Part shown: positions 17,574-25,429 of the stretch, in pieces | Position numbering within the stretch: position 1 is the stretch's first letter | How the letters are laid out: every line of letters begins with the position of its first letter | Virus record (IMG/VR): IMGVR_UViG_3300033814_000039 | Coordinates: 1-35,075 of that record | DNA from: a virus | Taxonomy: Duplodnaviria; Caudoviricetes | DNA length: 35,075 bases | Reading direction: 5' to 3' (one strand) | The notes under the pieces: model-generated | The model's input: only the letters and a program-made list of their open reading frames with translations | Told to the model about the DNA's origin: nothing | Databases searched by the model: none | Made by a program: the position numbers and the translations under genes

Positions 17574-18121
17574 CGTGTTCCTCCTCTGCGCCTCAGTTGA
17601 TTGTGAGGGTCACTCGCGGGAAGCTCTCCCATGTATCCGAAGGGCCGGCACTCCTCACAGTAAATGGGGGTCGGACCGGGTCCTCTTCTCGTCTTGGCGG
17701 GGTGAATTCCACACAGGCGGCAGGGGAGCGTCCCGGTGACCGCCTTGGGGGCAATCGGCTCGTTCCGCTGGATCAGCCGGCCGTCGGCTCCCCGGTGCCG
17801 ATGCGGCAGCTCGCAGCGTTTGCAGCGGGTCGCTGTCGGCGTGATCGGCCGGAGACAGTCCACGCACCGTTTCAGGAGCGTCGCGGCCAGTGCCCGCTCG
17901 ACCCGGGCCACGGCCTCTGAGGCCGGGCCGTCGCCGGACAGGCCCGACGGCGCGGGGGGAACCCCGTGGCGATCGAGGAGCACCAACCCCTCTCGCGGCG
18001 TCAGCTCTCCCAGCCCGATCCGCTCGATGATCCGCCGAAGTTCTGCTCTCTCCGGCAGCCACGTCGCTGCCAGGAGGAGCAGGGCCGCGACTTCCGTCTC
18101 CAGAGGGACGACCTTCGTCAT
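17570..18121 (-). CDS. Zinc-binding protein with four CxxC motifs (183 aa)
   Basis: CVDC, CKRC, CRLC, CEEC; ATGA overlap with the next gene. Confidence 0.6.
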   Translation of the reverse strand: MTKVVPLETEVAALLLLAATWLPERAELRRIIERIGLGELTPREGLVLLDRHGVPPAPSGLSGDGPASEAVARVERALAATLLKRCVDCLRPITPTATRCKRCELPHRHRGADGRLIQRNEPIAPKAVTGTLPCRLCGIHPAKTRRGPGPTPIYCEECRPFGYMGELPASDPHNQLRRRGGTR

Positions 18122-18141
18122 CGTTCAAGCCGTAGGGTCGC

Positions 18142-18948
18142 TCAACTCCCGGGTGGCATGATCTGCGCCCGAACCAACCTTCGGCCGACCCGCCAGGGGA
18201 TGAAAAGCTCGATCAGGAAGACCAGCAGGAGTGCTCGCAGCGCGAAGATGTCTTCAACAGTGAGGTCATACGTCGTTTGAAGGGAATCGGCCGACGCCAA
18301 GTTGATCACGGAGAACACGACGCGGCTCCAGAGCGTCCCGCCACCAGTCGCCGCCTGGCTGTGGAGACCCCACTCCGTGACGGCAGCGGTCGCGTCCACC
18401 GTGTTCGTGCCGACGGTGCGAAAGACGCTGGCCGAGGCTTCCGTCAGGGAGCCCGTGGCGCGGGTGTTGTCGGGGTTATATTGGGTCGTCAGCTCGGTCC
18501 CGAGGGCCGTGTCGCCCTCAGCCGCCGCGACGGCACCCGTCCCAATGCCGTGGAACTTCATGATCTCCAGCTCGACGAGGTTCTGCCACGCGTCGATCAG
18601 GAATGCTTCGCCGGCGTTGACGATCAGGTTCCGGACATGTCGGTCGGCGAGGACCTGGCAGGTCCCGGCCATGGCGTGCGCGGGCCCCGGCCGGAGCCAG
18701 GCCGCGAGGGTGCGCTTGGCCTGCTGCTCCAGGGAATACCGCTCCCACGCCTGCACGAGCTGGTCGGGCCGCTGGCACCCGCCCTCCACGATCGGACGGA
18801 GCTGGACCGCCGTGAGCCAGCCGGAGAGCTTCGCGGACTCGCGGACGTACCGGTGGTAGATCCCGCTGGCCGTCCAGCCGACGCTGACCGACGCGAGGAT
18901 CAGCAGTGCGAGGCACGTCGTCATCTTGAGTCGGGCGTATCGCTTCAT
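18142..18948 (-). CDS. Phage fibre-base/collar-like structural domain with an N-terminal signal/TM and a hydrophobic C-terminal tail (268 aa)
   Basis: Core NLIVNAG...GIGTG...DTALGTEL...VTEWGL...GGTLWSRVVFSVIN...DSLQTTYDLT; N-terminal MKRYARLKMTTCLALLILASVSVGW; C-terminal IFALRALLLVFLIELFIPWRVGRR; AGGAG RBS. Confidence 0.7.
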   Translation of the reverse strand: MKRYARLKMTTCLALLILASVSVGWTASGIYHRYVRESAKLSGWLTAVQLRPIVEGGCQRPDQLVQAWERYSLEQQAKRTLAAWLRPGPAHAMAGTCQVLADRHVRNLIVNAGEAFLIDAWQNLVELEIMKFHGIGTGAVAAAEGDTALGTELTTQYNPDNTRATGSLTEASASVFRTVGTNTVDATAAVTEWGLHSQAATGGGTLWSRVVFSVINLASADSLQTTYDLTVEDIFALRALLLVFLIELFIPWRVGRRLVRAQIMPPGS

Positions 18949-18977
18949 CGTCCCTGGTCTCCTCTTCTCGTTGGAGC

Positions 18978-19166
18978 CTAGGCGTTCTCGTAGCCGAGAG
19001 CGCGGTAGACCTTTACCGTTTGTTCGTCCGCTTCGCCCGGGTGCGCGATGACGTCAACTTTCGAGATCGAGACGTCAGCCGCGATCGCGGCGCGCGCCTT
19101 CTCGGCGGCCTGCACCGCCATCTCCAAATAGGTGAACCCCTCGATCACGATGCGACACAGACCCAT
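18978..19166 (-). CDS. Hypothetical protein (62 aa)
   Basis: AGGAGG RBS; fills the gap between neighbours. Confidence 0.65.
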   Translation of the reverse strand: MGLCRIVIEGFTYLEMAVQAAEKARAAIAADVSISKVDVIAHPGEADEQTVKVYRALGYENA

Positions 19167-19178
19167 CGGCTCTTCCTC

Positions 19179-19721
19179 CTATGGTGTGATCGTCACGCGC
19201 CGGACAGAGACCCAGCCGTCCGGTTCCGTTTCGGTGTGCAGCACGCCCCGCCCGCGGAGCTCCCCATCCCGGGTGCGGACGGCGATCGAACGCACCGCCA
19301 CCCCGGTCGCGGTCCCCGCGGGATCACGAAGGATAGACAGCCCCACGACGGGCGGCAGCATCGTCACGTCCCGAAGGGCATAGAGCCGGCCGGCGACCTC
19401 CACGGGCGTCGCCGGATCGAGCGCGAGGCGAGGCACCTTCGGCGGCGTGCTCGGTCCGCCGCCCCAGCGGATCAGAAAGGCGAGCGCGGCCTGGACCTGG
19501 CGCGGCAGCTTCTGGGCGCGGAGCTCGCCCTGGATCGTTTTCGGCCGCTCCCCGGGCTCCTGCTTGACGGTGATCTCGTACTCGCTCGTGTCGGGGCGGA
19601 TGACCTTCGCTTTGAAGTCTTCACCCACGCCCAAGCGGTCGCGCTGGGCAGGACTTGCGGCCGGCCAGGCGAGCCCCAGCGTGACCAGCGCGATGACGAG
19701 AAGACGCGCCGGCCGGTTCAC
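19179..19721 (-). CDS. Signal-peptide-bearing hypothetical protein (180 aa; start GTG, MNRPARLLVIALVTLGLAWPAASPA)
   Basis: GTGA coupling; basic n-region, hydrophobic h-region, SPA cleavage-like site. Confidence 0.7.
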   Translation of the reverse strand: MNRPARLLVIALVTLGLAWPAASPAQRDRLGVGEDFKAKVIRPDTSEYEITVKQEPGERPKTIQGELRAQKLPRQVQAALAFLIRWGGGPSTPPKVPRLALDPATPVEVAGRLYALRDVTMLPPVVGLSILRDPAGTATGVAVRSIAVRTRDGELRGRGVLHTETEPDGWVSVRRVTITP

Positions 19722-20182
19722 CGCCGGCCCGTTACGATGACGACCGTGATGTTGTCGATGGTCGGCGAGGTGCCGCCCGTGATCACCAGGTCCACGGTGA
19801 TCGCCGCGTCCTTGGCCACGCTCTGCTGGGCCGCGGTCAGCGTCGCCTCCACCACCGTGCCGGCGGCCGGCGTCCCGATGTCCATCGCGTTCGTCACGCC
19901 GGTCCCGGCATTCAAGACCTGCACGGTGGACGTGCCCTGCGTGCCGCCCTTGGCCTGGATCGCGACTTCGACGTAGAGGATCCGCAGGTCGAAGGGGGCG
20001 TTGAACTTGACGATCCCGGTCTTCGAGGCGGTGTACTGCCCCGAGAGGTGGAAGGTCATCACCTGGAGGTCCGAGCCCTTCGCCGGCAGGGCCGGCGCGG
20101 CCGCCTCGAGCGACAGCGCCCACACGGCGAGGCACGCCGCCAGGAGCATGAGGATCAGGGGTCGCTTCGTACGTGCGATCAT
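19718..20182 (-). CDS. Putative head decoration-like protein carrying a signal peptide (154 aa)
   Basis: First gene after the capsid gene; AAGGAG RBS; MIARTKRPLILMLLAACLAVWALSLEA signal; beta-rich mature domain (AKDAAITVDLVITGGT). Confidence 0.7.
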   Translation of the reverse strand: MIARTKRPLILMLLAACLAVWALSLEAAAPALPAKGSDLQVMTFHLSGQYTASKTGIVKFNAPFDLRILYVEVAIQAKGGTQGTSTVQVLNAGTGVTNAMDIGTPAAGTVVEATLTAAQQSVAKDAAITVDLVITGGTSPTIDNITVVIVTGRR

Positions 20183-20211
20183 TGCGCTCGTCTCCTTTTT
20201 CCGCGATCCGA

Positions 20212-20238
20212 GGCGGGGGCCCGTCATGGACCCCCGCC
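20212..20238 (-). promoter_or_regulatory. Strong RNA hairpin after the capsid gene, with no U-tract (attenuator or mRNA-stabilising element)
   Basis: Minus strand GGCGGGGGTCC-ATGAC-GGGCCCCCGCC: 11-bp stem with one G-U pair. Confidence 0.5.
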
Positions 20239-20257
20239 CGCTCGCTCACGGGCCGGG

Positions 20258-22606
20258 TTAGCCGGCCACGACGTTCTTGGTCGCGCCCTTGACGCCGAGG
20301 ATGTCCCCGCCGTACTCGTGGCGGATCTTGTACTGGATCTTGTCGCCCAGGAACGCCTGGCCTACCGTCGGCTGCTCGGCCAGGAAGAACTCCGGCTCCT
20401 CTCGGCCCTGGAGGAAGTCCACGCCGACGCTCGGCCGCCCGCCGGCGCCGGGGCTCACGTGGAGCCCCCAGTCCGTCACGTCGGTGAAGAGCGGGTTCAC
20501 ATTGATGCGCTCGCCCGCCTGGCCGAAGTGCTTGAAGACCGGGTTCACGTTGCCCGCGCCGAACTCCATGGAGTTGTTGATCTGCATCGCCACGCCGTAC
20601 AGCGCGTGCGGGACGTCCAGCCAGAGGCTCTCGATCGGCGGCAGCCCGAGCTTTTCCGCCGAGCCCTCCTCCGTCATGTCCGCGAGCTGGATGATCTTGG
20701 CGAGCACCTCAGTGGCGCCCGTCAGATCCGCCGTGAGCGCCGTGGCGCCGGTGTTGGCGTGCGTGGCGTGGAACCACGCCAGCGCATCCACGTCATAGAC
20801 GGCGTTGGTGCGCCAGAAACTCCAGATGAACCGGGCCAGCGTCCGCCGGGCGGCGCGGCCCAGCCGGCCGACCAGGCGCGACACCGCGCCCAGATCGTCG
20901 TTGATGATCGTTTTCCGGGTGATCGTCAGGATGTTGCCCTTCTGGCCGACGGCGTAGGAGACCTTGTCGTCGCCCGGCGCCGCGATCTCCACGTAGTCGG
21001 CGAGCTCGGGATCCACGTCGGCGAGATCGCCGAAGTAGTGCTGGACGATGGCTTCCTTGGTGCGGAAGTCCGCGGCCCGGCCGAACTCGGCGATCGAGCC
21101 TTCGTTGTAGCGCGGCTGGGCATAATCCTGGAGCAGCCGCCGGTAGAGGGTGTTGCCCAGGATGTCCCCCCACGTGGCGCTCGTGATCGTCTCCGAGACC
21201 CGCTGGATGCGCCCCGTGATCTCCGGGTCGCCTGTGATCTCCGCGTAGGCCCGCCGGAGCGAGCCCTGGAAATCGAGCCCGCGATCCTTGTGGGCCTCCA
21301 CGTTCGGCGCCAGGCTCTCCCGGACCCTCGTCAGGGTGCGCTCGTTGAACGGCGCGGACTCGAGCGCCCGTGTGAACCGCTCGGGGCTCACGTCGAAGAG
21401 GCGGTCCATCGCCGCCTGCACCTTGTCGAGCGGGGCCGCCAGGATCTCGATCCGACCCTGGCCGAACCCCCGGACGTCCCCCGTGGGCGAGAGCTTCGCC
21501 AGCGTCTCGACCTCTTCCTGGACGACCGACTGGATCTCGGCCGCCTCGGCGGCGCGCCCGGCAAAACGCTTGGCGATCTTCTCCTTCACCGGCGCGGGCA
21601 GCTGGGTCGCATCGAGTGCCTCGGTCACGCGCGCCTGGGTGTCCCGCACCGCCAGGTCCTGCTTGAGGCGCTTCGCCCACTCGGGCTCGCCCGCGGCCTC
21701 GGCCGGCGGCTTGAGCGCCTCACGGACCAGGCCCTTGAGATCCTCGTCCGTGAGCGTCTCCATCGTCCGGCCCTCGAGCAGCTGCGGCCGGTGCTCCTTG
21801 ATTAGCGCGATCAGCTCCTGCCTTGTCATCGGGTGATCCTCCCTCTCTCCAGTGGTGAGCAACGGCCCGGCCGTCGCCCGAATGAAGCGCCCATCTGCCG
21901 CAGGCGCCGTGACGATGTCCACAGACAGCAGCCGCTTGATCTCACGGATCCAGCGGGCCATCCCTTCCCGGACCCGGACCGGCACGTAGCCCGTCAGGGT
22001 ATCGACCGAGAGCCCCAGGACCTTCTGGAGCACCCCTCGGGCCTCGAGGCCCAGGAGTTTCCGCCGGAGCCAGCCGGCGTCCTCGTGGATATGAGCTTCG
22101 GCATAGAGCCCGTCGGCCTCCAGCCGCGGCGCCTGGAGGTCGCCCACGATGTTCCGGACGACGGGGCCGCCGGCCTGGACGAGCGCCTCCCCATCCGCGT
22201 GGAGCTGGGCCCCGGTCTGGTAGGCGTACACCCCGATCGGTGCCCCGGTGATATGCGGCAGGAGCGCTTCCGCGCTCTCCCGTGTCCAGAGCCACCCGTT
22301 CTGGCTGAGCCCGAGCTTCAGGACCCGCACATCCCACACGGCCCCGGTTTTGTCCCGCGAGCGCTCGAACGCCACGGATTCGCCCACCGTGGCATAGAGG
22401 GTCTCGACCTTCTCCCGGTCGCCGAGCGTCACCTCGCCGTCGGCCGCGACGGTGTAGTGGATCCGGTAGCGCTCCGGCCCGATGTTGAAGACGACGGCAT
22501 CCAGAAAGGTCGCCTCGATATAGGGCCCGGCGGCTTGGTCCCCCGCCGGGTAGCGGGCCTGGAGCGCGGCCCGGAGTTTCTCGTGGAGCTGCTCGAAGGA
22601 GTGCAT
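20258..22606 (-). CDS. Prohead protease-scaffold-major capsid fusion protein (782 aa; Mu gpT-like capsid domain)
   Basis: N-terminal protease-like region (GLSQNG...H...NIVG...GLSVD...SVDIVTAPAADGRF), helical linker, and C-terminal ITRKTIINDDLGAVSRLVGRLGRAARRT...FLQGREEP...YKIRHEYG capsid signature. Confidence 0.85.
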   Translation of the reverse strand: MHSFEQLHEKLRAALQARYPAGDQAAGPYIEATFLDAVVFNIGPERYRIHYTVAADGEVTLGDREKVETLYATVGESVAFERSRDKTGAVWDVRVLKLGLSQNGWLWTRESAEALLPHITGAPIGVYAYQTGAQLHADGEALVQAGGPVVRNIVGDLQAPRLEADGLYAEAHIHEDAGWLRRKLLGLEARGVLQKVLGLSVDTLTGYVPVRVREGMARWIREIKRLLSVDIVTAPAADGRFIRATAGPLLTTGEREDHPMTRQELIALIKEHRPQLLEGRTMETLTDEDLKGLVREALKPPAEAAGEPEWAKRLKQDLAVRDTQARVTEALDATQLPAPVKEKIAKRFAGRAAEAAEIQSVVQEEVETLAKLSPTGDVRGFGQGRIEILAAPLDKVQAAMDRLFDVSPERFTRALESAPFNERTLTRVRESLAPNVEAHKDRGLDFQGSLRRAYAEITGDPEITGRIQRVSETITSATWGDILGNTLYRRLLQDYAQPRYNEGSIAEFGRAADFRTKEAIVQHYFGDLADVDPELADYVEIAAPGDDKVSYAVGQKGNILTITRKTIINDDLGAVSRLVGRLGRAARRTLARFIWSFWRTNAVYDVDALAWFHATHANTGATALTADLTGATEVLAKIIQLADMTEEGSAEKLGLPPIESLWLDVPHALYGVAMQINNSMEFGAGNVNPVFKHFGQAGERINVNPLFTDVTDWGLHVSPGAGGRPSVGVDFLQGREEPEFFLAEQPTVGQAFLGDKIQYKIRHEYGGDILGVKGATKNVVAG

Positions 22607-22854
22607 CAGGGCGCCTCCACCTCGGCCTTCTTCGGCGGCCGGCCGGCGTGAAAGTCGCTGAGCGGCTTCACGTCGGCGCCTTTCTTCCAGCGGACCTTGT
22701 GGGCGCCGTTCGTGACGATCGTGACGTCATCCTTCTTGACGCCGACGGCCATGATCTCCTTGTCCGGATCGAGCTTGTAGGCCTTGCACGCGGCCTCGAC
22801 CATCGCGATCGCGACATCCGTGAGTCCCTTCCGCCACCCATTGCTCGCCATCAT
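22606..22854 (-). CDS. Hypothetical protein (82 aa)
   Basis: AAGGAG RBS; TGATG coupling to the capsid fusion gene. Confidence 0.7.
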   Translation of the reverse strand: MMASNGWRKGLTDVAIAMVEAACKAYKLDPDKEIMAVGVKKDDVTIVTNGAHKVRWKKGADVKPLSDFHAGRPPKKAEVEAP

Positions 22855-22866
22855 TCGGCTCCTTTC

Positions 22867-23718
22867 TTACGCGGGCCAGTCCGCCTTGTAGGGCAGGCTC
22901 AGGCATCCGCAGTTGACGCTGTTGGCTGCGCTCGCCCGCGGATCCCGCGGGTAGAGCAGCTGCTCCGCCGGTCGGTTCGCCGCCGGCGCGATGTCGAAGA
23001 AGTCGTGCACGTCCCGCACCTGGCCGTCGGCCAGCTTGTGAGTCGGCCGGAAATCGATCGCCCCGCTGTGCCGCCACTCTTTCTGGAGGTCCGGCACCAG
23101 GCGCCGGCTCTCCTCGAGCGTGGCCTGGCCGGCGATCGCCTGCAGGCGCCCCAGCTCCGTTCGTGTGATGGCTTCGGCCCGGGCCGCGATCGACGCGAAC
23201 GGCCCCGGGCGCCGGAGCGAGCCGGCTACCTCCTGCATCACCTCGAAGACGCTCTTGCCCTCGAGCGCCCCGAGCCGGAGCGCCTGGGTGATCCGATGGC
23301 CGGCGTCGCGGCTCAGGCCCGTGATGAGATCCGCGTGGAAGTCCTGGGCCGCTTCCACGAGCCGGCGTGGGATCTCCGGCACCCCGAGCGTGAGCCCGCC
23401 TTCGACGACGGGCTGGGCGATCAGCGCCCGGCCGAGGCCCACGGCCTCGGCCTGGAAGGGCTGGATCGCCGTGCCATAGCGCGAGGCGAACTCCCCCGTG
23501 ACGTCCTGGATCCGGCCAGCCAGCGCCCCCAGGCGCTGCGCCGAGAACCCCTCCGCCCCAGCCAGCTCGCCCAGGACCCGGCGGCGGAGGGCCTCGAGCT
23601 CCTCGAGCGCGGCGCGCACGGCGTCATCGGGCAGGCGGTCGATCCGCGCCCGGATGATGTCGATGCGCTGCCGGAAGCGCTCCTGGGGCGTCGAGGCCAG
23701 GGCGGCGCGCGCCGTCAT
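22867..23718 (-). CDS. Minor head morphogenesis protein, Mu gpF / SPP1 gp7 family (283 aa; start MTARAAL)
   Basis: RAEAITRTE...KEWRHSG...RPTHKLADGQ...YPRDP...NCGC signature; follows the portal gene. Confidence 0.85.
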   Translation of the reverse strand: MTARAALASTPQERFRQRIDIIRARIDRLPDDAVRAALEELEALRRRVLGELAGAEGFSAQRLGALAGRIQDVTGEFASRYGTAIQPFQAEAVGLGRALIAQPVVEGGLTLGVPEIPRRLVEAAQDFHADLITGLSRDAGHRITQALRLGALEGKSVFEVMQEVAGSLRRPGPFASIAARAEAITRTELGRLQAIAGQATLEESRRLVPDLQKEWRHSGAIDFRPTHKLADGQVRDVHDFFDIAPAANRPAEQLLYPRDPRASAANSVNCGCLSLPYKADWPA

Positions 23719-25232
23719 CACGGCCGCTCCAGGCGATCGCGCAGCTGGCGCACCTTCGCGGGATCGTAGTCGCGCATCGCCTCTCGCGTTGGCTCGCCGA
23801 GCGGGAGCAGTTCTTCCTCTGCCTTGATCTCCAGGCCGAGCTGGCTGCTGACGAGGGCAAAGAGTTTCGTCGCCGTCTCTTTCCGGATCCACCCCTGCTG
23901 CTCGGCCTGGACGAGCGCCACCGTCAGCGAGGTCAGGGCGGTCGTGATCGCCGTCGTGTCGCGCATCGAGATCTCGGGCAGCGTGACGGCCAGGGTTTGA
24001 TCCACGTCCTTCGCCAGTCGCCCGTGACGGATCGCCTGATGAACGGCGAAACGCGCTACGTCCTGGAGCATGAAGCGCACGACCTTCTGCCGGCGTGTCA
24101 TCCGCTTCTGGGTCGGCAGGCCCATCTCTTTCGCCGTGGCCAGATTGACGTCGCCGCCCAGGCCGTAGTAATGCTCCGGCAGGCTCCGGCTTCCCAGGAG
24201 ATGGCCCCGGAGCATCCGGGCGAGGGTGTCCTTGTCGGCGGCCTTGAGATCCGGCGCGATCGCGGACCACTTCACCTTTTCGTTATGGGCGCGCACCATG
24301 CCCCGCCGGATCTTTGCGTTCTTCTGGAGGAACCCTTGGAGCTCCTCCTCCGTCGCCCCCTGGACCTCCGCGTCCCAGAAGAAGCTGTCCAGCAGCTGGG
24401 CCCGCTCCATCTGGCTGAAGAGCATGTCGTCGTACCCGTCGAGCCAGTCGATGAGCGCCAGGAGATCCGAGCGCCCCCGGCGGGCGTTGGACACTTTGTT
24501 GACCTGGAAGAGGAGGCAGGAGCCGTCGTAGAGGCGCCCGCTGATCAGATCCGTCTCGTTCGGGAGCGCCGGCATGAGCGACCCGAATCCCGGGCTGCCG
24601 CGGCGCTCGTCCAGCCGGACGACCTTCAGGTAGCGCCGGCGCGTCCCGGCGGCCGTCGCCTTGAGGACCACCGTCCAGGGGACCAGGATGTTGTTCGGGT
24701 CCGTCTGGATCTCATCGATCTCCGCGGGGTCCACATAGCCCAGGCGCACGTGGCCGTCCACGTCGTTGACGAACACGGGCAGGCACAGCTCCCCCTGGAG
24801 CCCCAGCTCGCGGACGAAGGTGTCCATCCGAAGCTCGAGCTGGTTGACGGGATCCTGCCAGAAGCCCTGGACGACCTCCCGGACCTTCGGGTCGGTGGCC
24901 GTCACATTTCCGCCCTCGCCCCAGACGAAGTCCACGACCACCTCGACCAGCCACTGGGCCAGCGGGTTCGACTCCCAGAGCCAGTACGCCAGGGCGAGCA
25001 TCCGGTCCTGGGCGAGAGGCGTCAGGTCCCGGGCCGCGTACTTCGAGTCCTGTGTCAGCCGGCGGAAACCCTGCTCCATGAGTTGCTGGTCGGCGCGCGT
25101 GAGTCCCACCGAGAGCGCCTCGCGCACCCGAGTGTCGGCCTCGGCCTGGAGCCGGGTTTCGGCTTCGCCCACCCGCCGGCGAATCAGATCGCCGGCCAAG
25201 AACTCCCCCAGACGCTCCCGGATGGGCCTCAC
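23718..25232 (-). CDS. Portal protein (504 aa)
   Basis: Size and position between terL and the gpF-like gene; NPLA...DFVWGEG, GELCL, RGRSDL, GDVNLATA motifs. Confidence 0.85.
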   Translation of the reverse strand: MRPIRERLGEFLAGDLIRRRVGEAETRLQAEADTRVREALSVGLTRADQQLMEQGFRRLTQDSKYAARDLTPLAQDRMLALAYWLWESNPLAQWLVEVVVDFVWGEGGNVTATDPKVREVVQGFWQDPVNQLELRMDTFVRELGLQGELCLPVFVNDVDGHVRLGYVDPAEIDEIQTDPNNILVPWTVVLKATAAGTRRRYLKVVRLDERRGSPGFGSLMPALPNETDLISGRLYDGSCLLFQVNKVSNARRGRSDLLALIDWLDGYDDMLFSQMERAQLLDSFFWDAEVQGATEEELQGFLQKNAKIRRGMVRAHNEKVKWSAIAPDLKAADKDTLARMLRGHLLGSRSLPEHYYGLGGDVNLATAKEMGLPTQKRMTRRQKVVRFMLQDVARFAVHQAIRHGRLAKDVDQTLAVTLPEISMRDTTAITTALTSLTVALVQAEQQGWIRKETATKLFALVSSQLGLEIKAEEELLPLGEPTREAMRDYDPAKVRQLRDRLERP

Positions 25233-25429
25233 CGGCGCCCTCCCGGTACATCGGCGTTCTGGGGACGTCCTCGGTTGAATGCGTCGGCCCCGGAACCGGT
25301 GTCACAATCTGTCAGAGGGGTGTCAAAATCGACGCGGCGAGGCGCCGAGCCGTAGAGAGGTTCCCCTCGGGGAGATCGTCGATCCTGGGGGAAATTCGTT
25401 CCGAGCCAAAAAACGCGGCGCGCGCTCAT
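25229..25429 (-). CDS. Questionable 66-aa ORF spanning the terL-portal gap
   Basis: ATGA/GTGA coupled on both sides, but the protein looks random and overlaps a DNA repeat; may mainly maintain translational coupling. Confidence 0.35.
   Translation of the reverse strand: MSARRVFWLGTNFPQDRRSPRGEPLYGSAPRRVDFDTPLTDCDTGSGADAFNRGRPQNADVPGGRR
25299..25330. repeat. Three helically phased TGTCA repeats (candidate protein-binding site)
   Basis: TGTCA at 25300, 25310 and 25321; GTGTCACAATC and GTGTCAAAATC are near-identical 11-mers. Confidence 0.55.

Noticed and set aside
25298-25326. Sigma70 promoter from a perfect TTGACA on the minus strand (25326-25321)
   Set aside because: The hexamer 17 bp downstream is GACACC, not -10-like; better treated as part of the TGTCA repeat.
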